A DNA stretch of 64,000 nt, from IMG/VR virus record IMGVR_UViG_3300030109_003951, positions 1 to 64,000 of that record; one strand, given 5' to 3'. Made by a program: the position numbers and the translations under genes. Each line of letters begins with the position of its first letter. Within the stretch, counting starts at the first letter, position 1. Shown here piece by piece: positions 34,406 through 43,902 of the stretch. Source of the stretch: a virus. Under the pieces are notes generated by a model. That model had not been told where the DNA came from, did not search any database, and worked only from the letters and a program-made list of their open reading frames with translations.

Positions 34406-35597
34406 TATTATTCCAATAAACATGTACGTTTCAAATAGGAAAGCATTAGTATTTCCTGTGATGTGCAACGGACATATAAAAATTCCAGAAGTTTCTGGAG
34501 AAGGGTTTGGATTATTTGGACATGAAGGTAGTTTTACAATTGAAACTATTATTACCCCATATGATGTAAATGGTTGGGGGTTTGATTTTGAATTACAATC
34601 TAGTGGTATTGCATCTCCTGTGGGCGATGCTGGTGTTTTGTCTAGTAGAAGAACGATGCCTTCTAATTGTGATGGTACACATACCAATTTTGAAGATTTT
34701 TTATACTCTCCTTCTCATGGTGGGACTGGTAACATACAAGTTGGTGGAGTAGATTTACGCTATCTTCAAGAGATGACATTATTTTATAATGGGAATGTTA
34801 GTTTGAGTTTAGTTAACAACACAAACCATAACACAAATCAGCCCGCAGAATATCAAGTTAAATTCCAAGTACACAATAATGGCACAACCAAATCTATAAC
34901 TTCAGACTCAGTGATAACTGCTGACCACACCCATACTGGAACTAAGACCACAAGAGCATATGCAACAACTGATTATAATGAAAATGTGTATGAAGGGGAT
35001 AATAAAATAAGATATAGAAAAGCAGGAACTACAGTAAACGGGGCTACATCAAGTGCTGCTAATTTTACTGCTACTACACAATATAGAGTTTACAAAGGTC
35101 AAAGATTATACACTTTGAGTGGGACTACGTTCACTTCTATTGGAACTGTAACTGGGATAAGTGGCACAACAATTACTATGAGTCAATCTAACTCTTTATC
35201 AGATACAGCAGTTCTTTATACTGATGCTTACAAAGAAGCATTTTACATGTTTAACTCATTTCATATAGCAGCAGTTTACAATGATATGACTAAAGTTATG
35301 ACATTATATGTCAATGGCAAAAAAGTAAAAAGAGACGTTATTAATGTTAGTGGTGTTTTTTCATTTCAACAGGCAGATAGTTATATTGGACAAGTTCCTG
35401 CGACTGGATTAGGTAATCTTAACAACACTATTGGCCCAACTGGTTATCAATTTGGGACACCCACACAATTTATGGGAGAATTACATGAGTTTGCTATATT
35501 GAATGATTCTAAAGAACATTTTGATGTTGTTGATACTTTGGCTCCTAGTATTAGAAGTGTATTATTATATTATAGATTTGAGGAGGCGAACTTGTAA
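34377..35597 (+). CDS. Tail protein with split LamG/concanavalin-like domain
   Basis: FTIETII...FHIAAVYN...LYVNGK...YIG...FMGELHEFAI...YYRF. Confidence 0.7.
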   Translation: MKWLLFLWGDIIPINMYVSNRKALVFPVMCNGHIKIPEVSGEGFGLFGHEGSFTIETIITPYDVNGWGFDFELQSSGIASPVGDAGVLSSRRTMPSNCDGTHTNFEDFLYSPSHGGTGNIQVGGVDLRYLQEMTLFYNGNVSLSLVNNTNHNTNQPAEYQVKFQVHNNGTTKSITSDSVITADHTHTGTKTTRAYATTDYNENVYEGDNKIRYRKAGTTVNGATSSAANFTATTQYRVYKGQRLYTLSGTTFTSIGTVTGISGTTITMSQSNSLSDTAVLYTDAYKEAFYMFNSFHIAAVYNDMTKVMTLYVNGKKVKRDVINVSGVFSFQQADSYIGQVPATGLGNLNNTIGPTGYQFGTPTQFMGELHEFAILNDSKEHFDVVDTLAPSIRSVLLYYRFEEANL

Positions 35598-38500
35598 TGG
35601 CTGGTGTAGGGTTATATCAATTGACTGTTATGAAAGAAGGCTCAACTCCTATGACAACTATAACAGGGTCTAATATTCAATTTTCTGTTCCTACAAACCC
35701 ATTATTAAAAGATAAAAATAGTTTTGCTGTATCTAGTTTTAAATTAGTTTGTTATGAGATTTATAATAGTGCCACTGCACCTACTGCTTCTGGTACATCG
35801 TCTAGTGCTAATGGTGTTTCTAATTCCGATGGTTCGTCAGATGCGACTTTATCTGGTTTAGTAAACAAAGCATATCCAACAGGTATTACTGGTGTGGCAA
35901 TAAACAATGGTGGTGGCTATAGCACTAGCAATGACACTTTTACTGTCGATGGTAGAGATGCAACTTTATATTTTTCAGAAGGCGATGAGGTTTTTGATGA
36001 TGGTGGAAATCTAATAGGAACAATCAACGCTGTTACTTCTACCTCCATTGAACTTAAAGCCAACGCATTAGTTGCTGTTTCAGATGATGAAGTTCTTAGA
36101 AGTAATGCTTCTGATAGTTTTGATGATTATTTATCAAACTTAGGAAGAACAAAACCGTACAGGCTTAGGGTGTTTGATGCGGAACGAGCAATAGGGCAAG
36201 AAATGTCTACTCTAAATACTAACATTGCAACTAATGATTTTTTTGTTGTAATTCATGCAGATAATGCTAACTTACACCATGTAGCCAAAATAACAAATGT
36301 GATAGCCTCTGATGGTGGAACACATGATTTTATTGAGTTTGACCCGCCAATGGCAGCAGATATTCCTATTAATACTAAATTTTCAATTTACAAAGGCCCA
36401 CTAAAAACAAGAACGGATGCTGTTGCAGTTGCTTATGGGTTATTAAATACTGAAACTAATTTCGATAGTAGCGGAGATGGTTCTGATGATATTACTGTAA
36501 ATAAACACATTGAATATACTTATGTGGCTGCCCCTAATTTTTACTTTTATAATGATAGGTTGAGAAAAGATGACCAATTAGACCATGACACTAAATATGC
36601 GATAAGAAGAACTATTCTCAAAAGTGATAATAGTGAAGACCATAGTGTTTCTATTTTTACTACTAAATCGGAATTTGGTAAATTTATATCTGATACAGGA
36701 GAATATAATCATCATGGTCTTTTAGTGGATAATCTTAGGACAGCAGATGAAGTAACTTTAACTGTTGCGGGTCAAACAATTACACAAGATAATGTTACAG
36801 CATATAGAAGATATGTTGACGATAATGATGGTGACGCAACTCCTTTTGGTTTATCTAGCAAAACAGTTTCTTATGACCCAGATACTACTGTTTGGGCAGA
36901 TTTTGCTCTTAATATATCTAGGGAAAGAAGTGGTAAAATTACTACTGCTTTTGGAGATGGGCCAAAACGATATTTGTATTATGATGATAGCGCAATCAAA
37001 AATGAAATTATCCCAAGAGTCATGGATGTTCAATTTTCAGATTCAATTACGGATGCGGGTTCATACGCTGAAATTAAAATAGCAGATACTCAAAACATAA
37101 TGGCAAAAAAAATAAAAATATATGACCCTATAGAATTAAAACAACTTGTAAGTAGAGGAGAAATAACTCATTTAGAAAATTCTAAATTATTTGGTACTAT
37201 TACTTCTCAATCTTCTGGTGATACGGTTTTGGTTTTTGACGGTTTAGAAGAAGGGCAAGATTTGAGAACTTTACTTGCATTTGGTAGTCTGTTTGAAACA
37301 ATTAGAATAAATTCACATCGTTATAGAATAAGTGCCATTGGTGCCCCTTCTAATGGCTCGCAACAAGTTACAATTTCACATCATAGAGCATCCGATGCTT
37401 CTAGTTTTTCTTCTGGAGGACTTCAAGAAAATTTAACTTCTGCCGTAGCGCATAGAAGAACTTGGTCAAAATTAACCTCTACTCTCATGGTAGATTTCAC
37501 AATAGATACTCAAATAAGTTATAATTCACTTCCTTTATCTGCTGATATAGTTATAGGGAGTGATACGCTTTCATATAATGGTGTAGCACTTACTGACTTT
37601 TCTGAATCTAGAATTAATGGTTTAGAATTGACATTACTGGGCAACAATAATTTTAGGGGACAAAGAGTAAAAGTAAAATATGGAGATGCTAAAAATGGCT
37701 ATGTTAAGTTGCAAGATTTTACTAGAAGTCATTATTCTACCTTATCTCAAGGCACAGGCTTAACTACTAATAACATGGTACAAGGTTATTTTCCTGTAGA
37801 TGTTATGACTAATATTGCAGGAGTTACAACGTATCAATCAGCAGTAAATTTAACAGATACTTCACTAAAAACTCCTAGTTTATTAGATTATTTTTCTGGT
37901 GGTTTTGTAGTAGAAAAAACAATATTCAAAGGTAAAGTAGAAACTTTAGAAGAAAAAACAGAATTTGGTGGAAGTCAAATTTTAAATATAACTGGTAGAA
38001 GTGATATTTCTAAATTGTTAAATCCTGTATTAAATAAAGGTTTTAAGTTTTCAGAGGACTGGGTTTATTCTACTTTATCTCCTTACCAAGAAATAACCGA
38101 CAGTACTAAGAATACAGCAGAAACAGTAGAAATAGGTGAAGTGGCTATTGATGCAAGTGCAAGTGGTATTCTCACTGGAGATATTATTTTTAATAGTAGT
38201 GGGAGATTCATGGGTGTTTGCGGAGATAGTGGAAGCACTTTTAAATTAGAAGACGGTAGTTTATCTTATTCTGGTAATAGTAAAGATATATTTAAGTCAA
38301 CATATAATTTATTAGATTCTAATATTACTGGTTCTAGTGCTTCTAGTAGTTCAAATCATATACTATTTGGTAAAGCAATAACTTCTAATCCCTTATTAAT
38401 TAATACACCTACACCATTGAAAGGGGTATCAGATAAGGGATTTTTCTTCACTGGTGGTAATAGGTTAACATTTAAAATTACTTCTGAGTTATTGGATTCT

Positions 38501-41500
38501 ACAGAAGGCTCAACTCTTATTGGTACTAGTTCTTCCTCAGATGGTAGGGCTAGAGGATATTTCTTAGATGAAATTAGAGATGTTGGAGATTTAGATATTG
38601 GTTTTTATGCAAAGGCAAGAGATGAAGGAATACACACAATAAATTCTTTATCACATTACACTGTTGTAAATATAGAAAGTGGAGAAGGTGAAGTGGCTAT
38701 TGAATTAGCCCCTAATTGTCCTGCCATTCTAGCAAGAGTAGATAGGAATGCAAACGATATAAGATTTGAAACTGTAACTGTAACCACTACACAAATAGAT
38801 GCTGCTAGTGATGATGATAGTTCTCAAACTTTTTTTGATGGTACTACTTATGCAGTAGGGCATAGAAACTCAATAACAGTAGATACTGGTAGTCCTAACG
38901 TCAATATTGGTGAAGGAAACCCTGTTTACAAAAGTGATGGAACATTCGTAGGTATTATTTGGAAAATTCTTGCCGTCACTGGGGCCACTACTCCAAGTGA
39001 ATGGCAAGTTCTTTTTTATTCGGCTCTACCAGTTAGTTTAACTGAAAATGAACAATTGTATGTTTGTAATACTAAATATACACATGGAATGTATTTTATA
39101 AATACTCAAGGATTAAATGATGGGGGTTTATTAATGCACGTCCATCCAAGTTTAGGTAACAGTAGAAAACCAATAAGATTTACTGGTAATTTTACAACTG
39201 CATATAAATCCATAACCCCGACAATAGAAAATAAGTCAACCAGTGACAGATATGGTGAGCCAATATATCGTTATATTGATTTACAAAGAGGTACAAAAGG
39301 CGGTCTTAGGAGAACTACTAATAATAGAGTAACAGGTCAAAAACATTTAGAGTATAAAGTGCAAAGTGGAAATATTCATGCTTATGCTCCAGCGTTTAAA
39401 GCAAAACAAGGAATAGTTGGGACTTTCCACCAACCTGTCCCCATCACAAAAGATAGTAAATCTGACGACTTTAATGGTGGTGGGATAGGCAGACCAGAAT
39501 CTAGAGGAGTTGGGCCAGCACATGGTAGTAATACATTAGACGAATCTATAAAAAATAAAGGGTATTCCCATTTTAGTAGAATTGCAAAAATAGCAGCCGT
39601 TTCTGGAAATGCTTGGGCAATAGATGCTGCTACAGGAACAGGCTTTGGTGACGGTGCGTCACATGGAGCAAGTGTAACAAATATTTACGGCAAAGTAGAT
39701 AATTGGAGATGGGGAAATCCTTTAGAAAAATTAAAAAATATAGTAGAAAGATTAGACCCTAAAACTATAAGTTATCATTTATTTTCCCCTTGTGATTTAT
39801 TTCCAGAATCCATGTCTAGACCAAATCATTTAGGATATGCTGCTAGAGATTTAACTGATTATAATTTAGTATTACACGATAGGGGGGCTTATAGAAGGTC
39901 TGATGTATTACATGAAAGTTATGCAGGTTCATTATCTTCACATGAAATGACAGACGAATCTTTTGAAACTGTACCAATTACTTCATCTTCTATTACTGGC
40001 GACCAAATTAAAAGATTTGGTTTGATGAGATTAATTGAATTAACATTTGATTGGCATTTTAATGTAATTGATGCTGAGAACCCTCCCGAAGATGATACTA
40101 GTATAGATGGTGATGATGAATACCAATTTTTCCCATCAAGGGCTATGAATACTTATACTCCTGCTGGTTCTTATAAAATCACAAGTTGGGATAGTATCAC
40201 AGTTGCTAATGTTCAAAAATATACTAGTGGTTCTTGGGGTACTCCTAATGAAGCGACTATTGATGCTGATTTTGCAAATCAAACTAATGAAGCGGGCGCA
40301 GGTATTCTTTATACTGAGACTGGGGATTTAATTGGGTATGTTGGTAGCAGTGGGTCAGCATCTTCCGCAGACGGCAAATTGACAATAACAGGAGGAGGAA
40401 GTCCTGTAACTCAATTTCCAACAGGTTCAGATTCATTATATACTGGGGTTGTTTTTCAATTTAGACATATAAAAACTAATATAAATCAAGGTAAATTTAG
40501 TAATGTTCTAAGAGGGGTAGGAGAAGCAGACTCTACTGTAGCCACAAGTACATCCAAATATCATCAATTAAAAGGTGCAGTATTTTCTGGAAGATATTTT
40601 GGTGGTGCAAATTATGATGACAATGCCAAAGATACCACTCTCAATTTTAGTACGGCTTCTGGTTCTATTGGGTTTGCTAAAACAGGAGATAACGCAACCA
40701 CAATACAATCTGAATTTGCTACAGGTAGTTTCACTGGAAATCCTGCTTCAACAGGCAGTGGGGTAATAACAAATATTAGTATAAACACATCTAATTTAGC
40801 AGTAGGAGATTATGTTTTTAGTAGTGAAGTTTCTGGAGCAATCGCTAGTATAGATGCTTCTGACGAAATTACTCTTGATGTTAATAACACTGGAACTACT
40901 GCTGGCCAAACAATTTTTTATGTTAGAGATGATAATTTAGCACTATTAAGATTGCCTCCAGTATTTGATAATATAAGTGGCACTTGGACTGGAAATCCGT
41001 TTTTGTTTGAAGACCCAGACAGTGTATATGCAACTCAAACTCATCATGCTCAAGGAGATATGTTTTTTACTTCTAGAGTTATGTATTATTTATCACAAGG
41101 TCTTCATATTTATAGGGGAACTAAAGCCGTTGTTCTTGATAGATTTAGTATTGAAGATACTACCTCTGAAACATTATCTAAAGGGATGGTTTTCCCTGTC
41201 TCTGATATGTTTTACAAACATTATCAAAGTGGTTCAAGCAACCAACACGTAGAACTTTTTTTAAAAATGTCTAGTAAGAAATTCCAGTCTAATGCTTCTG
41301 ATGCTACAGAATATCCCACTACTGGCCCATACATACAATTCGCTAACAAAAATTCTAATGGAGTAGTTAATACTAATGTTACAACTGAAAATGCTGCTAA
41401 TAATGTTGGGGATGGGGCGAAAGTTGTATTCAAACCTTTATTACATTTAAATCAAGGAGGGTATAGTAGCGATACTCCTGTACAAAATGAATTTTGTGTT

Positions 41501-43486
41501 ATTGATTTTGGTGAAGACGATGGTGATGATATTCTACCAAGTGGGTATTCTACTTCTGCAAACACTGGCTCTGTAGGAAAAATTACTATCACTTTAGATG
41601 GTTCTACAGGGGATGCTGATGAAAACAGTTGGCTATTGTTCTCTCCCAATTTAACTGGGTATTACTTAGTTTCAACAGAAGGTTATGACCAAGACGGGAA
41701 TAGAAATTCCAATGATAATGCTGCTTACCCTACTGGTACTTGGAGTAATGGCACTGCTAATGCTGATAACGCTCATTTACCTTTTTTGGCAAGTCCAGAA
41801 GGATTAATCCCAAAACATATAATGCATGTTATCAGTCATGAAATTGTATTAGGTAATGAGTCTGATGGAGATGCAGGAACAGCAGGTAACGATGGTACGC
41901 CATATAACACAACACAAAAACACATATTGATAGTAGATAATTTAAACACAAGTTCTACTTTTATTTCTAATTATTATATGATTATGAGGCCAGCAGAAAC
42001 TTGTATATATCCTAATACCCCTCATAATAAAATTGATTTATACAAGTGTAGTTCTAAATATACAAAACAAGCATACAGTGACGAAATGTATTCGACTACT
42101 GCTCACATAAATATTTGGAACGGAGAAAATGTTGGAGGATTTAAAAACCGAATCGGATTTAATGAGGCAGTTCAATCTATGTACGTTTTAGTAAATACTG
42201 ATTCAACATCTAGTGATATTCAATTAGTTCCTAGAGGTGTCGAAAACATCGCTAATACAGGCTCAACATATGGAACATCTAGCCCGACCTTTAATTATTA
42301 TTCTACACTGTTTGGAAAAGACAAAAGATTTGAAGACGGTATTTCTTATGACGTGTTGTTAAATGATGGCGATGTTAATGAAAGAAAACAAATGGGTGTA
42401 TCTGTTAGTGCTATTGCTAATGAGTTAAAATGTAGATTAAATTTCGGTTCTAAATTTTCTAATAAAATGGCAGGTATAGTTTCTGTTGGGGAAATATTTA
42501 CAGTAAAAACCCCATTACCCTCTAAAATAAGAAACCCAGTCAAAGCAAATATTGCATCTACAGTTACTATTGCATCTGAGGCAGAAGATATAGTTAAAAA
42601 TATAATGAAAACACATGATATTGATTTTACAGAAACGGCTTTAGAATATCCTTATTTCACAGGGCCAGAATTTAATGGCACTGATTTATATAATTCTATA
42701 AAATATTTATTAGACTTTAAAGATAAAAGGTTGATTGTAAAGCCTAGCGGTATTACTTTAAGACCAGATACTTCTGATTTAGATTATTCTCCAATAAGAA
42801 TATCAGAAAAAGATAGCACAGTTCAAGTAATAGATGTCCATAAAGAAGATTCACGTTACGATTTTTATAACGAAATAATAGTATATGGTAGAGATGTAAA
42901 ATCAATTAGAAGATTAAATAGAAGTGTAAAAGAGATAGGAAGAAAAACATTAGAACATGTGGACGAAACCATAGTTACTCAAACCGAGGCGGATTCTAAA
43001 GCATTAAAATTATTAAATTTACATAGTAAAAGTACTTTTAGGATAACTGTAAAAATACCAATAACTAATGTCGAATTACTTAGAGTTGGTGACATTATTA
43101 CTATGCATTTCCCGAATAAAAATATACCCAATGGGGAATATTTAATTTTTGAAATAAGATATAATAATATGGGTATTATGGAATTAGAAGTTGGCGCATA
43201 CAATAAAGGTTTAACAGATAGCATCGCTGAACTTATGGTCAAAAATAAAAAGACTCTTTCGTTCTTGAGGTCAACCAGATTTAAGGCTGTAGACGAAAGT
43301 TCTAACTTTTTTGATACTGTTAAAATTAGAGATATTAAGTTAACAGTTAGTAAAACTGGGGTGTTTGGAACCCCATTTACCATTGGATTTAATTATGCAG
43401 TTAATGTAGCGAGTAACAGCGTGGGATTCAACCCAAGTTTAGGTTCAGTTGGTACAGAGATAATTTTAGAGGAGGAACTAGTATGA
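35597..43486 (+). CDS. Giant tail tip/central fibre protein (2629 aa)
   Basis: S/T/G/D/N-rich beta protein; C-terminal hub-like region (NEIIVYG...LRVGDII...EI). Confidence 0.75.
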   Translation: MAGVGLYQLTVMKEGSTPMTTITGSNIQFSVPTNPLLKDKNSFAVSSFKLVCYEIYNSATAPTASGTSSSANGVSNSDGSSDATLSGLVNKAYPTGITGVAINNGGGYSTSNDTFTVDGRDATLYFSEGDEVFDDGGNLIGTINAVTSTSIELKANALVAVSDDEVLRSNASDSFDDYLSNLGRTKPYRLRVFDAERAIGQEMSTLNTNIATNDFFVVIHADNANLHHVAKITNVIASDGGTHDFIEFDPPMAADIPINTKFSIYKGPLKTRTDAVAVAYGLLNTETNFDSSGDGSDDITVNKHIEYTYVAAPNFYFYNDRLRKDDQLDHDTKYAIRRTILKSDNSEDHSVSIFTTKSEFGKFISDTGEYNHHGLLVDNLRTADEVTLTVAGQTITQDNVTAYRRYVDDNDGDATPFGLSSKTVSYDPDTTVWADFALNISRERSGKITTAFGDGPKRYLYYDDSAIKNEIIPRVMDVQFSDSITDAGSYAEIKIADTQNIMAKKIKIYDPIELKQLVSRGEITHLENSKLFGTITSQSSGDTVLVFDGLEEGQDLRTLLAFGSLFETIRINSHRYRISAIGAPSNGSQQVTISHHRASDASSFSSGGLQENLTSAVAHRRTWSKLTSTLMVDFTIDTQISYNSLPLSADIVIGSDTLSYNGVALTDFSESRINGLELTLLGNNNFRGQRVKVKYGDAKNGYVKLQDFTRSHYSTLSQGTGLTTNNMVQGYFPVDVMTNIAGVTTYQSAVNLTDTSLKTPSLLDYFSGGFVVEKTIFKGKVETLEEKTEFGGSQILNITGRSDISKLLNPVLNKGFKFSEDWVYSTLSPYQEITDSTKNTAETVEIGEVAIDASASGILTGDIIFNSSGRFMGVCGDSGSTFKLEDGSLSYSGNSKDIFKSTYNLLDSNITGSSASSSSNHILFGKAITSNPLLINTPTPLKGVSDKGFFFTGGNRLTFKITSELLDSTEGSTLIGTSSSSDGRARGYFLDEIRDVGDLDIGFYAKARDEGIHTINSLSHYTVVNIESGEGEVAIELAPNCPAILARVDRNANDIRFETVTVTTTQIDAASDDDSSQTFFDGTTYAVGHRNSITVDTGSPNVNIGEGNPVYKSDGTFVGIIWKILAVTGATTPSEWQVLFYSALPVSLTENEQLYVCNTKYTHGMYFINTQGLNDGGLLMHVHPSLGNSRKPIRFTGNFTTAYKSITPTIENKSTSDRYGEPIYRYIDLQRGTKGGLRRTTNNRVTGQKHLEYKVQSGNIHAYAPAFKAKQGIVGTFHQPVPITKDSKSDDFNGGGIGRPESRGVGPAHGSNTLDESIKNKGYSHFSRIAKIAAVSGNAWAIDAATGTGFGDGASHGASVTNIYGKVDNWRWGNPLEKLKNIVERLDPKTISYHLFSPCDLFPESMSRPNHLGYAARDLTDYNLVLHDRGAYRRSDVLHESYAGSLSSHEMTDESFETVPITSSSITGDQIKRFGLMRLIELTFDWHFNVIDAENPPEDDTSIDGDDEYQFFPSRAMNTYTPAGSYKITSWDSITVANVQKYTSGSWGTPNEATIDADFANQTNEAGAGILYTETGDLIGYVGSSGSASSADGKLTITGGGSPVTQFPTGSDSLYTGVVFQFRHIKTNINQGKFSNVLRGVGEADSTVATSTSKYHQLKGAVFSGRYFGGANYDDNAKDTTLNFSTASGSIGFAKTGDNATTIQSEFATGSFTGNPASTGSGVITNISINTSNLAVGDYVFSSEVSGAIASIDASDEITLDVNNTGTTAGQTIFYVRDDNLALLRLPPVFDNISGTWTGNPFLFEDPDSVYATQTHHAQGDMFFTSRVMYYLSQGLHIYRGTKAVVLDRFSIEDTTSETLSKGMVFPVSDMFYKHYQSGSSNQHVELFLKMSSKKFQSNASDATEYPTTGPYIQFANKNSNGVVNTNVTTENAANNVGDGAKVVFKPLLHLNQGGYSSDTPVQNEFCVIDFGEDDGDDILPSGYSTSANTGSVGKITITLDGSTGDADENSWLLFSPNLTGYYLVSTEGYDQDGNRNSNDNAAYPTGTWSNGTANADNAHLPFLASPEGLIPKHIMHVISHEIVLGNESDGDAGTAGNDGTPYNTTQKHILIVDNLNTSSTFISNYYMIMRPAETCIYPNTPHNKIDLYKCSSKYTKQAYSDEMYSTTAHINIWNGENVGGFKNRIGFNEAVQSMYVLVNTDSTSSDIQLVPRGVENIANTGSTYGTSSPTFNYYSTLFGKDKRFEDGISYDVLLNDGDVNERKQMGVSVSAIANELKCRLNFGSKFSNKMAGIVSVGEIFTVKTPLPSKIRNPVKANIASTVTIASEAEDIVKNIMKTHDIDFTETALEYPYFTGPEFNGTDLYNSIKYLLDFKDKRLIVKPSGITLRPDTSDLDYSPIRISEKDSTVQVIDVHKEDSRYDFYNEIIVYGRDVKSIRRLNRSVKEIGRKTLEHVDETIVTQTEADSKALKLLNLHSKSTFRITVKIPITNVELLRVGDIITMHFPNKNIPNGEYLIFEIRYNNMGIMELEVGAYNKGLTDSIAELMVKNKKTLSFLRSTRFKAVDESSNFFDTVKIRDIKLTVSKTGVFGTPFTIGFNYAVNVASNSVGFNPSLGSVGTEIILEEELV

Positions 43487-43902
43487 TAACAGAAGAGGCA
43501 AAGAAAAAAATTAATTTGTTTTTACAAAATTTTTTTACAACGGGTAATGTAGGAACTGGTAGCGATTCAACTAATCCGAATTCAAATAGTTTAGATGTCC
43601 CTATATTAGCATCTAATAGTAGTTTGACGGTTACAAATACTGGTGATACTAGCACAGATTTTAAAATGGTAGTTTTAGGTAGTCAATTGTCAGCAAGTGT
43701 TGTTAGAGAGTTTGGTATATTTGGTACGTTGCCCCAAGATGATGCATTTGATGAAATGTATGGTGGTACTTCTAATCCTGCAACTGATGGTAGTAATTAT
43801 GCATCAGAAACTACTATGTTATCTAGATTATCTTTTGAAGGTTTAGGCCCATTTAATAATTCAGATGAAATAACATTTACACTTTCAGTGGAGGTAGAAT
43901 AA
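43483..43902 (+). CDS. Tail tip/baseplate accessory protein
   Basis: VREFGIF...MLSR..F...ITFTL pattern of fibre-attachment domains. Confidence 0.55.
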   Translation: MITEEAKKKINLFLQNFFTTGNVGTGSDSTNPNSNSLDVPILASNSSLTVTNTGDTSTDFKMVVLGSQLSASVVREFGIFGTLPQDDAFDEMYGGTSNPATDGSNYASETTMLSRLSFEGLGPFNNSDEITFTLSVEVE

